Shown one piece after another: positions 1 through 8,540 of a stretch of 64,000 nucleotides of DNA. Each line of letters begins with the position of its first letter. Position 1 is the stretch's first letter. The notes under the pieces were generated by a model. It was not told where the DNA came from, did not search any database, and was given only the letters and a program-made list of their open reading frames with translations. The translations under genes and the position numbers were made by a program. This DNA comes from Candidatus Methanomethylicia archaeon (GTDB taxonomy: Archaea > Thermoproteota > Methanomethylicia > Nezhaarchaeales > B40-G2), in NCBI GenBank assembly GCA_029259155.1, contig JAPDJI010000001.1, forward strand, positions 8,042 to 72,041, given 5' to 3'.

Positions 1-829
1 AGCTATATTTAACGTCGCCTTTTCTAGGCTCGGTGTAGAGGGGTTTCACCTCTTTAAAGCCCATTAGCTCTATGAGTAGGCTAGCTAGATTGTTAATGCT
101 TATTGGACTGCTCGAAGCTATGTTGATCGCTTCTCCTCCAACTTGCTTGGCTTCTAAGGCCTTAACTGTAGCCTCTGCCACATCCTTGACGTACGTGAAG
201 TCTCTGGTCTGCTCTCCATCTCCGAATATTATTGGGGGTTGTCCGTTGAGCAATCTATTGATGAAGATAGTTATTACACCGCTATATGGACCGTATTGCT
301 GTCGAGGCCCATAAACGTTAAAATAACGTAGTGCAACAGCTTCGAGACCATATACTTTATGAAAAACCCTACAAAACTCCTCACCGGCATACTTGGATAC
401 AGCATAAGGTGATAGAGGGTTTGGCTTCATGTCCTCGCGCTTAGGTAGTGTCGGGGTATCGCCGTAGATGGATGAAGATGAAGCGTAAATCAGCTTTTTC
501 ACACCTAATTCAACGCAGGCTTTAAGGAGGTTTAACGTACCTTCCACATTTACTTGATTTACGGTTAATGGGTCTTCAATAGACCTTGTTACACTTGCTA
601 GAGCAGCTTCATGTATCACAGCATCTGCACCATTAACGGCCTCTAAGACCTTGCCATAATCCCTGACGTCCCCTATTACGACCTCGACTGTCTCTTCAAC
701 ATGTTTTAGGTTCTCAAGTCTACCTGTTGAGAGGTTATCCAGTACTCTTACTTCATATCCTTTGACGATCAGCTCTTCTACTACATGGCTACCTATAAAC
801 CCAGCCCCTCCTGTAACCAGAACCTTCAA
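1..829 (-). CDS. NAD-dependent epimerase/dehydratase (UDP-glucose 4-epimerase-like), C-terminus runs off the window start
   Basis: Manual reverse-complement translation from a TTG at 829-827 gives LKVLVTGGAGFIGSHVVEELIVKGYEVRVLDNLSTG...YASSSSIYG...RYFNVYGPRQ...PRKGDVKYS, an SDR Rossmann fold with YxxxK and an open frame to position 1. Absent from the ORF track because it is partial. Confidence 0.8.
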   Translation of the reverse strand, partial: MKVLVTGGAGFIGSHVVEELIVKGYEVRVLDNLSTGRLENLKHVEETVEVVIGDVRDYGKVLEAVNGADAVIHEAALASVTRSIEDPLTVNQVNVEGTLNLLKACVELGVKKLIYASSSSIYGDTPTLPKREDMKPNPLSPYAVSKYAGEEFCRVFHKVYGLEAVALRYFNVYGPRQQYGPYSGVITIFINRLLNGQPPIIFGDGEQTRDFTYVKDVAEATVKALEAKQVGGEAINIASSSPISINNLASLLIELMGFKEVKPLYTEPRKGDVKYS

Positions 830-1584
830 GGCATGTTCCTCCTAAGCTTATGATCTAGAAAGCTGGTTAATAGTAGTTTGAAGTATCCTACACCCATCCT
901 AGCTAACTTAAGCTTAGCTTCACCCCTTACCCTTCCTCTCCACCCTACGGGTACATCAGTGATCTTATAGCCTTTAAAATAAGCTTTTATGAGTAACTCA
1001 GCAGAGATGTCGAAGCCGTCAGAGACTGGATTAACCTCTGTGATGACCTGTCTTCTGTAGGCTTTGAAGGCGTTGGTTACATCAGCCGTCGGCGTACCAA
1101 GCAAGAGCCTAGAAATTTTGGAGAAACCCACGCTGAAGATCCTTTTAAGTAATGGCATACCCTGTGCCCATCCTCCTCTTCTCCACCTTGCGCCTACGGC
1201 TATGTCATAGCCTTCATAAGCCACTTTTCCGTATAGCTTCAATGCATCTTCAGGTATGTCCGAGAGGTCGCCCATGAAGGGGATTAGGATATCCCCTTCA
1301 GCTTCCTTAAACCCCTCCTTCAAAGCTTTCCCAAATCCAGGAGATCCTCTTCTATGTATGACCCTAACCCTATGGTATTTTGATGCCCACTCCTCAGCTA
1401 GATAACCTGTACGATCAGAGCTACAGTCATCCACAAGTAATACTTCAAAGTCGTCTTTAAAGTCTCGCAGAGCCTTCAATACCTCCTTCATTAACCTATC
1501 CAGATTCTCCTCCTCGTTGTGTAGTGGAATGATTAAGGATAGCTTCAAGGAGTAACACCCAGCTTCTCTAGGAAGCTTTCCCAC
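826..1584 (-). CDS. GT2 glycosyltransferase, dolichol-phosphate mannose/glucose synthase (Dpm1-like)
   Basis: SLIIPLHNEEENL and LLVDDCSSDRT (the DxD region typical of GT2). About 250 aa. Overlaps the downstream GT-C gene. Confidence 0.8.
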   Translation of the reverse strand: MGKLPREAGCYSLKLSLIIPLHNEEENLDRLMKEVLKALRDFKDDFEVLLVDDCSSDRTGYLAEEWASKYHRVRVIHRRGSPGFGKALKEGFKEAEGDILIPFMGDLSDIPEDALKLYGKVAYEGYDIAVGARWRRGGWAQGMPLLKRIFSVGFSKISRLLLGTPTADVTNAFKAYRRQVITEVNPVSDGFDISAELLIKAYFKGYKITDVPVGWRGRVRGEAKLKLARMGVGYFKLLLTSFLDHKLRRNMP

Positions 1585-2654
1585 GATTCCTGTAGCATTG
1601 CATGACTGTTCGTATATTCTACTAGGTATAAGCCTATTGCAATGCTGAGCACCACTGAAATTATTAATAGCGCCTTAAACCATCTTCCTGTTTTCCTCAG
1701 CAAGATGATGGAGATGAAAGGAAAGATAGGAGATGACCATCTAGCTATACGTTCAGATGCTACAACTTGGCCTAGTGAGGTGTAGGTGTTAAAAGATTGA
1801 TAAACATAGTAGCCTAGGTGGAAAAGCAGCCATAGGAATACTAGCTGTAGAAGTAGGCTTACGTTTTCTCTTTCAAGCTTAAGGTATGGTAGTAGGGGGA
1901 TTAAGGGAAGTAACATCAAGGTTAGACCCATCGAAACCTTGAACAGCATAGGTTGAATAGCACCGAGATCAATGGTAGGTATCCCTCCAAGCGTATAAAG
2001 CAGGGAGTAGTATTCGGTTTGTAAAAGTGTACCTGTCGCTAGGATAGATGTTACTTGCCAAGAAACGAACACGGAAACGAAGCTAACCGTATATAGAAGC
2101 ATCTTTTTAATCTCCTTTTCACGGTATAGATGGATGATAATTACAATTACTAGTAAAAGAGCGGGATACCTACATAGGTAAGCTAACCCCACAAGCAACC
2201 CTGCGATGAGAACCTTAAAGGCCTCTTTCTCTAAGGAGAGAAGGAGCGAGGACGTCAAGAGAACCATGAATAATGGCTCTGTTAAGGCATGTGAAGAGGT
2301 CCATATAAACATGGGGTTAGATGCCGTCAGCAAAGCGACTGTTAGGCTAAGTTTTTTATCAAGATACCTTGACGCTAGCTTATAGATCGGTATGATCAAG
2401 ATCGTGCCCATACCAATGGTTGTAGCTAAGTAACTCCATTTAGATGGCCCTAGAGTCTTGATGAAAAGGGACATAATTATAGGGGTGAGCGGGAAGATGG
2501 TAGGTAATTCTCCTTTAAAGGCGAAGCTATAAGCCTGCGTACAGTACAACCACTCGTCAAATATAAGCACCTTGGTTAAGTACGCTCCAATAATTCTGAC
2601 GGCTAAAGCAAGACATAATATAAGTGATAAACCATAAACCTCTGCCCTATCCAA
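1545..2654 (-). CDS. GT-C fold integral membrane glycosyltransferase (PMT_2/ArnT/GT39-83-like)
   Basis: Polytopic (at least 9 hydrophobic segments). An FDE motif in the first loop (LIFDEWLY) is typical of PMT/ArnT-type transferases. The gene is coupled to the GT2 Dpm1-like gene. Confidence 0.6.
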   Translation of the reverse strand: MDRAEVYGLSLILCLALAVRIIGAYLTKVLIFDEWLYCTQAYSFAFKGELPTIFPLTPIIMSLFIKTLGPSKWSYLATTIGMGTILIIPIYKLASRYLDKKLSLTVALLTASNPMFIWTSSHALTEPLFMVLLTSSLLLSLEKEAFKVLIAGLLVGLAYLCRYPALLLVIVIIIHLYREKEIKKMLLYTVSFVSVFVSWQVTSILATGTLLQTEYYSLLYTLGGIPTIDLGAIQPMLFKVSMGLTLMLLPLIPLLPYLKLERENVSLLLQLVFLWLLFHLGYYVYQSFNTYTSLGQVVASERIARWSSPIFPFISIILLRKTGRWFKALLIISVVLSIAIGLYLVEYTNSHAMLQESWESFLEKLGVTP

Positions 2655-2667
2655 GAGCCTTGTCCAC

Positions 2668-3720
2668 CTATGTCGGGAAAAGGTGTTTGTTTTCTTGGAC
2701 CCAGTTCGTTAGTTTAACTACGCCTTCCTTGGGATGTACTTTAGGTCTCCAGCCAAGTTTATTCGCAATTTTACTGATGTCGGAAATATAGACCTTCTGG
2801 TCTCCAGGCCTCCAGTCGCTGAAAGACACTTTAGCCTTGAGCCCTGTGATCTCCTCTAGTAACCTCAGCAGCTCTAATAATGATAAGGTGTTATGGGGAC
2901 CTCCCCCTATGTTAAAGACCTCATGGGTCAACTCACTCCTAAAGAATAAGTCGTAGGCTTCAATTAGATCCTTAACGTAAAGAACGTCCCTAACCTGCTT
3001 TCCGTCTCCATAAATAGTGATCTCTCTGCCGGTTAGCAAGGCTATGGTAAACCACGCTAGCCACCCTTGATCTTCGGCCCCCATCTGACGCTCCCCGTAT
3101 ATGCAGCTCATTCTGAAAACTCCTGTTTTGAGGCCGTAAACCCTTGCGTAGTCTTGGACGTAAAGTTCTCCGGCTAACTTTGAACATCCATATGGTGTAT
3201 GTTCGCAAAGATCTACTGGGTATTCTTCAGGTATGCCTTGTTGATAACGTGGATCTGCATAGACATACCTGCTGTCTCTCGGCTCTACAGGTATTTTGTT
3301 AACGTTATCTCCGTACACTTTATTGGTGGAGCAGTATATGATAGTAGGGTTGCTTTTAGCTCTCCTAGCAGCTTCCAATACGTTGAAGGTGCCTAGCGCG
3401 TTTATCTCAAAGTCTACCTTAGGGTCGAGGAGTGAAGTGGTGACGGCTACCTGAGCAGCGGTGTGGACTACAAGGTCTGCGTCTCTAACCTCTTTGGAAA
3501 GCTTCTCAAAGTCTCTAACGTCCCCTTCCACCAACCTAACTCTTTCACCAAATCTCTCCTTTAGGTATCTCCAGTTATGTAGAGAGGCTTCTCGGCTTTG
3601 TTTAAGTAGTGATGCTCGTAGGAAGTTGTCATAAACCACTACTTCATACCCCTTTTCAGCATAGAATTCTACTACGTGACTGCCAATGAAACCTGCTCCA
3701 CCAGTTACTAGAACTTTCAA
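2668..3720 (-). CDS. NAD-dependent epimerase/dehydratase (CDP-paratose/tyvelose epimerase-like)
   Basis: MKVLVTGGAGFIGSHVVEFY, YxxxK (YGCSK) and a C-terminal YGDGKQVRDVLYVKDL. Confidence 0.85.
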   Translation of the reverse strand: MKVLVTGGAGFIGSHVVEFYAEKGYEVVVYDNFLRASLLKQSREASLHNWRYLKERFGERVRLVEGDVRDFEKLSKEVRDADLVVHTAAQVAVTTSLLDPKVDFEINALGTFNVLEAARRAKSNPTIIYCSTNKVYGDNVNKIPVEPRDSRYVYADPRYQQGIPEEYPVDLCEHTPYGCSKLAGELYVQDYARVYGLKTGVFRMSCIYGERQMGAEDQGWLAWFTIALLTGREITIYGDGKQVRDVLYVKDLIEAYDLFFRSELTHEVFNIGGGPHNTLSLLELLRLLEEITGLKAKVSFSDWRPGDQKVYISDISKIANKLGWRPKVHPKEGVVKLTNWVQENKHLFPT

Positions 3721-3831
3721 TGCTAACAGCTCCTTGTGTTCTCTAGCGACTTTAAGCCTTCTATATCCAACCTATATTAGTCTTAACTCTACTAGGTAAA
3801 AGATTAGCCTTCATGGTTAGGGCGTAAGCCT

Positions 3832-4968
3832 TTAGCCCACTAAGCCTTTTTCTTCAAGCTCTCTCAAGCTCTTCTCGAAGAGGTCGAGAACTCCCCACTT
3901 TTCCTTTGAAGCCCAAGCCGCTAGCTCCTTGAGTCCTTCTTCGATTTCGATTGATGGTGTATAGCCTAAAAGCTCCTTAGCTATGGATATGTCGGCGTAA
4001 CAATGCCTTATATCTCCTTTCCTGAACCTGTTGGAGATGTATGGTTTAAGGTTTGATCCTAATGCCTTAGCTATGATTTCCGCCACCTTCTTTATCGAAG
4101 TAGGCTTACCTGTCCCTATGTTAACTGCTTTATAGTCAGCTCCACTACGTTCAATTGCTAGCAAGTTGGCTTTGGCTACGTCCTTAACGTGAACAAAATC
4201 CCTTAGCTGCTCTCCATCCTCAAAGAGGTATGGAGGTTTATTGTTGAGGATCCTGCTTGTGAAGATGGCGCAAGCACCTGTATATGGATTAGAAAGCGCT
4301 TGTCTTGGGCCGTAGACGTTAAAGTATCGTAATGCTACGGTGGGTATCCCGTAAGTTTTACCTATGAGGAGGCACATCTCTTCTTGATGGCGCTTGGTCT
4401 GCGCATAGATTGAAGTAGGTGACAAAGGTTTTTCTTCGTCGGTAGGCCTTGGCTTCAACTCAGAGCCACATGTGGGGCAAAGATGCTCCCAACGTCTCTC
4501 CTGAAGCTGTCTTAGATCCCTTAGCCCAGGATTAAGGTATCGGTTGCATTTTTCACAGAAGTACTTTCCCTCTCCATATATGCTCATAGAAGACGCTACT
4601 ACGAATTTCCTTACTCGGTTCTCAGTGTTTATGAGAACGTCAAGAAGAGTGGCTGTCCCTCTAGTGTTGTAGTCAACATACCTCTCAACCTGGTACATAG
4701 ACTGTCCTACACCCACAGCAGCCGCCAGGTGTATAATGGCATCTACGTCCCTCAAGTATTCTTGGAGAACTCTTCTATCTCTCACGTCACCTATTGTTAT
4801 CGAGGCCTTCGGGTTGAAGTAGCTGGGGAGTTTACCTCCATGAACCTGGCCTTCCAAGTTATCTACCACTATAACGTCGTACCCTTCCTCTAGGAAAAGG
4901 TCCACGGTGTAGCTACCGATGAAACCTGCTCCACCGGTTATCAATACTCTATCTATGCTTCTAGGCAT
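3832..4968 (-). CDS. NAD-dependent epimerase/dehydratase with an inserted Cys4 zinc-ribbon-like segment
   Basis: VLITGGAGFIGSY..., SMSIYG, YAQTK. Between the catalytic Ser and YxxxK lies CEKCNRYLNPG...LCPTCGSELKPRP (CxxC-x22-CxxC). Confidence 0.8.
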   Translation of the reverse strand: MPRSIDRVLITGGAGFIGSYTVDLFLEEGYDVIVVDNLEGQVHGGKLPSYFNPKASITIGDVRDRRVLQEYLRDVDAIIHLAAAVGVGQSMYQVERYVDYNTRGTATLLDVLINTENRVRKFVVASSMSIYGEGKYFCEKCNRYLNPGLRDLRQLQERRWEHLCPTCGSELKPRPTDEEKPLSPTSIYAQTKRHQEEMCLLIGKTYGIPTVALRYFNVYGPRQALSNPYTGACAIFTSRILNNKPPYLFEDGEQLRDFVHVKDVAKANLLAIERSGADYKAVNIGTGKPTSIKKVAEIIAKALGSNLKPYISNRFRKGDIRHCYADISIAKELLGYTPSIEIEEGLKELAAWASKEKWGVLDLFEKSLRELEEKGLVG

Positions 4969-5018
4969 AGTGAATCCCTTAACAGAGAAGCTGAAGTCTT
5001 ATTAAGCTGTGCGTATCA

Positions 5019-5405
5019 GTGAAGGGCTTGGCGGTGTTGTCGTTGTCTCCTCTAATATTCGCTCTCCTTTCTGTTCTGCTTGGAGCTTTAGGGCAGGTAT
5101 TATGGAAGTACGGCCTCTCTTTAATGGAGTTCAGCCCTGAGATGTTCTTCAACCTCAAAGGCTTAATTAAAATTGTAAGTAATGGGTGGATACCAGCAGG
5201 GATCCTATGCTACTTCTTTTCTATGACCCTCTGGCTCAAGGCGTTGAAAGAAGCGGAGCTAAGCTACGTCTACCCTTTAATTAGTCTAAATTTCGTAATA
5301 CTAACTGTGGTGGGGGTTTTACTTTTTCACGAAAATGTTACTTGGCTGCGGGTCTTAGGCATACTCTTGATAATCTCAGGGATAGTGATGGTGGCCCAAA
5401 GCTGA
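5019..5405 (+). CDS. small 4-TM membrane protein, SMR/EamA-like (ArnE/F-type flippase subunit candidate)
   Basis: 128 aa with four hydrophobic helices. Located in the glycosylation cluster next to aglH. Confidence 0.5.
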   Translation: MKGLAVLSLSPLIFALLSVLLGALGQVLWKYGLSLMEFSPEMFFNLKGLIKIVSNGWIPAGILCYFFSMTLWLKALKEAELSYVYPLISLNFVILTVVGVLLFHENVTWLRVLGILLIISGIVMVAQS

Positions 5406-5417
5406 GGTGTAGTAAAC

Positions 5418-6425
5418 ATGAATATTTTTGCTGCTGTCCTAGGTTTCCTATCTGCAAGTCTAGTAACTCTCTTCCTTACACCTTTCCTAATCAGAAAACA
5501 TTATGCCTTAGGGATCGTTGGAAGAGATGTACATAAACCTGGCAATCCAGTGGTCCCTGAAGTAGGTGGTCTGGCCATTGTTGTAGGGGTAACTATAGGC
5601 TCTATACTGGTGGCCCTAAACGTTACGACGTTGAGGGTTCATGTATTAGCTTTCCTCCTATCGTTCCTCTTCGCAGCCATGATAGGACTATACGATGACC
5701 TGCGTGGACTTAAAGCGAAGGTTAAAACTGCCCTCACTGTGATCTGCTGTACTCCCATAATTATAGGTTCACTGCTGGCACCCCACCTTATAACTTTAGG
5801 TAGGCCTGAACTACCCTTGGTAGGTCCTCTTCGTTTAACCATCATTTACTGGGTACTGCTACCCTTCGCTATCGCTGTTCCTGCTAATGCCGTTAACATG
5901 ATGGATGTATACAACGGTGTGATGCCTGGAACTTGTTTCTTCGCTACGTTGGCCTTGTTTCTCTCAGGTCTCCTTCTGGGGAGGTGGGAGGCCATTTACA
6001 TGTCTTCTCCTCTTTTAGGGGCCTTGGCTGCATATTACCTCTACAATAAATACCCAGCTCGGATTTTTTCAGGAGACACTGGAAGTTTAGCTGTGGGTGC
6101 ATCTATAGGAGCAATTGCTGTGCTCTCAGGCCTAGAGGTGGTTGGTATAGTTGCTCTCATGCCCCATATCATGAATGCTTTTCATAGCCTTACGAGCGTA
6201 AAGGGCCTCCTTGAGAGGCGTGAAATTGATCAACGGCCAACTATAGTACTCGGCGATCTGCTGGCAGCGAATCCTGATCCTAGAGCTCCCTTGACGTTAG
6301 CTAATATAATCCTCTCGAAGGGCCCGTTACCTGAGAAGGTCCTTATCAAGCTTTACATAGCCCTATCTGTTGTAGCTTGTGTGTTGGCTGTCCTAACAGC
6401 GTTATTAATGACCGTTAACATATAA
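5418..6425 (+). CDS. aglH: UDP-GlcNAc:dolichyl-phosphate GlcNAc-1-phosphate transferase (MraY/WecA/AglH family)
   Basis: Polytopic. Contains YDDLRGLKAKVK and VNMMDVYNGVMPG, the MraY/GPT family loops. About 335 aa. Confidence 0.8.
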   Translation: MNIFAAVLGFLSASLVTLFLTPFLIRKHYALGIVGRDVHKPGNPVVPEVGGLAIVVGVTIGSILVALNVTTLRVHVLAFLLSFLFAAMIGLYDDLRGLKAKVKTALTVICCTPIIIGSLLAPHLITLGRPELPLVGPLRLTIIYWVLLPFAIAVPANAVNMMDVYNGVMPGTCFFATLALFLSGLLLGRWEAIYMSSPLLGALAAYYLYNKYPARIFSGDTGSLAVGASIGAIAVLSGLEVVGIVALMPHIMNAFHSLTSVKGLLERREIDQRPTIVLGDLLAANPDPRAPLTLANIILSKGPLPEKVLIKLYIALSVVACVLAVLTALLMTVNI

Positions 6426-6459
6426 GAGACCTTAGTCTAAGCGGTAGAGGGCGAGAAAA

Positions 6460-6702
6460 TTGGATAGAATTGTCCCGCTCGCCCTCATCATGGTTGTGAT
6501 ATGGGTAGCCATGCTTTTGCTCTTCATAGTAATTCAAAGACTGATAGCCCCTATACCAGCCTTACCTCCATATCTAGGTGGGGCTTTCGCTACAGGCTTG
6601 ATCAAAGCAGTTTTATCTTTCTCCTTGGCTTTAGCCTGGCTTTACCTTTGGCATACTTTGGTCCAAGTTTACCGTAGACGTTCTTTGAGGAACAGGGCTT
6701 AA
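6460..6702 (+). CDS. small hydrophobic hypothetical protein
   Basis: 80 aa ORF with two predicted TM helices. No recognised family. Confidence 0.3.
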   Translation: MDRIVPLALIMVVIWVAMLLLFIVIQRLIAPIPALPPYLGGAFATGLIKAVLSFSLALAWLYLWHTLVQVYRRRSLRNRA

Positions 6703-7751
6703 CTGGCTTCCTCTATATGTTTAGCTATAACCTCGACGGGATCCTCCATGCTGGCTAAAGCTTTCCTCGCTCTCTTCTCTTGAGCTTTTCTTTCTATTCT
6801 TAAGTTACCAAGCACCTTTAGCCCTTCTTCGAGAGCCTCTTCGCTACTCCTAGCCTTACGTATCAATCCCAACTTAACCATGTACTTTTCGACATCGATA
6901 TCATCCACCGGAGTACATGAGATGGATGGGACGCCCATCAAGGCGGCCTCCCAGGTCATGGTTCCTCCTCCACCTATAAAGAGGCTTGTTTGTGGGAACA
7001 GCTTCAACGTGTCTATTACCTTGATTGGGACGAAGGCTACTCCTTTAAGCTTGCTTCGCAGTTCTTTGACCTGTTCGGGGTACCTAGCCAAGACCACTAT
7101 GTCTATTTCCTCACCTAGCTGTTCCTTTAGCCCTCTAGCCACCTTCTCCACCATCATCCTCCTCTCTTCCTTATTAAGGAGGTAGGACGCATAGATCTCC
7201 TCAGTCCTTATCACTACTAACTTCTTTCTTCTTCTGGTCTTTGAGGTTAGATCTTGATCCTTAAGCCAGGCAGCCGGATCGACAGCATTGTACTGAACTA
7301 TATCCTCGGAACGAGCTCCCAGCTTCGACCATTTCTCTATGGGAATACACTTTGGGGTGAAGAGCTTGGCTGAAAGAGGAATGGTCAGCTTAGCCACGGC
7401 TTCAGAGTGTGGACTATCATTAACACAGTAATGGGGTATTGCGAGACCATAAGCCACGCGTGCAGCTTCAGGGGAGCTGAAGGAGATCGCTATGTCAGGT
7501 CTCCAGTCCTTAACGACCTTTAATAGTCTTAGAGCTCTTTTGAGACTGGCTTGAAGTTTACCTGCGAGATCTGCTCCTCCATATTCTCCAACCACTATAG
7601 CGTCCATTCCCTTAGCCTTAAGCAGCTGTTCTACTTCTCTGTACTTCCTGGAGGTTTGAAGAACTTCATGGCCTTTTGCTTTGAGTATATCTATCAACCT
7701 ACCGAAGAATCGCACCTGTTTAGGTGTGTTCAAGTCTATCCAAACTCTCAA
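6699..7751 (-). CDS. DUF354-like GT-B fold protein (possible Agl24 / Alg13-Alg14 / MurG-like glycosyltransferase)
   Basis: N-terminal MRVWIDLNTPKQVRFF and a C-terminal Gly-rich loop GGGGTMTWEAALMGVPSI typical of GT-B C-domains. 350 aa. Adjacent to aglH. Confidence 0.45.
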   Translation of the reverse strand: MRVWIDLNTPKQVRFFGRLIDILKAKGHEVLQTSRKYREVEQLLKAKGMDAIVVGEYGGADLAGKLQASLKRALRLLKVVKDWRPDIAISFSSPEAARVAYGLAIPHYCVNDSPHSEAVAKLTIPLSAKLFTPKCIPIEKWSKLGARSEDIVQYNAVDPAAWLKDQDLTSKTRRRKKLVVIRTEEIYASYLLNKEERRMMVEKVARGLKEQLGEEIDIVVLARYPEQVKELRSKLKGVAFVPIKVIDTLKLFPQTSLFIGGGGTMTWEAALMGVPSISCTPVDDIDVEKYMVKLGLIRKARSSEEALEEGLKVLGNLRIERKAQEKRARKALASMEDPVEVIAKHIEEAS

Positions 7752-7901
7752 TTTATTACACCTTAGCTTGCATTAGCCTAAAGGTACCTAACCTTCCTTA
7801 TATGAAATTTTTACTCTAACCCTTGACGATGTAGACCTGCCGTAACACGCCCTTTGTTCACGTCTACTTCAAGAATTAATGGGCGTCCATGACGATCTAT
7901 C

Positions 7902-8429
7902 TTAAGGTCTGCCTTTGAAGAATCCTCGCTGCCTGTATAACGACAAAGCAATTAATAACGTCGCTACAACGAAGCCTTCGCTTGAAAGGACAACTCCTTC
8001 AGCCTCTACGAAAGGCGTGTAAGCCTCCACGGCCACTTTCTCTAAGAGCTTTAACGTAAAAGTAAGGGTAGGAATGCTAGATACATGTATATCTACCTGT
8101 ACCAGTAGCCAAAAGGAGTTAGGGTGAAGTGGCCAGAAGAGAGGTGTATAGCCGGTAAAGAAATCCAAGATTATATGTGAACAGTAGGCGGCAACCATAA
8201 TCAGTAATGTAGTACCCCTTACTTTCCTATTCCTTGAAAGTCCGTATAGGACTGGTATAGTAGCTAAAGGGAATATTAAGGAATGACTCATCGATCTATG
8301 TATATGTAGCAAGATATCGAGATCTGGCGTCGTGGATATTGCGGACGCCGCCAAGGAACGTTTAAGGTCTACTCCGAGCAGGGTAAGGGAGGTTAAAACC
8401 ACGGCGAAGTGAATAATGGGCTCAGGCAA
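7902..8429 (-). CDS. membrane-bound metal-dependent hydrolase-like protein (DUF457/YdjM-like)
   Basis: 175 aa, several TM segments and His-rich motifs (HIHRSMSHSLIFP, HIILDF). Confidence 0.4.
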   Translation of the reverse strand: MPEPIIHFAVVLTSLTLLGVDLKRSLAASAISTTPDLDILLHIHRSMSHSLIFPLATIPVLYGLSRNRKVRGTTLLIMVAAYCSHIILDFFTGYTPLFWPLHPNSFWLLVQVDIHVSSIPTLTFTLKLLEKVAVEAYTPFVEAEGVVLSSEGFVVATLLIALSLYRQRGFFKGRP

Positions 8430-8540
8430 CCATCATTACAGCTCAAACCTGACTCCGTAGAGGCTCCTCTATTTAAGACTTATTGAGGTTGGAAAGGCTT
8501 TTAACTTTAAGGACTCGTCGCTTTTGGTAGGGGTCCTCTA

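Noticed and set aside
72-314. 80 aa ORF on the + strand at the window start
   Set aside because: Lies entirely antisense to a well-supported epimerase CDS (1-829, minus) with strong SDR motifs. No motifs of its own.
2990-3396. Short ORFs (72 and 65 aa) inside or antisense to the epimerase gene at 2668-3720; likewise many 60-140 aa antisense/nested ORFs in the track (for example 5342-5536, 5639-5845, 6880-7185, 10143-10445, 13105-13488, 17214-17680, 18502-18759, 20525-21208, 35331-35759, 38227-38706, 45182-46183, 46648-46989, 47548-47893, 54354-54599, 61284-61812)
   Set aside because: All are embedded in, or antisense to, long ORFs with clear family signatures. Their compositions are typical of out-of-frame translation (Ser/Pro/Leu-rich).
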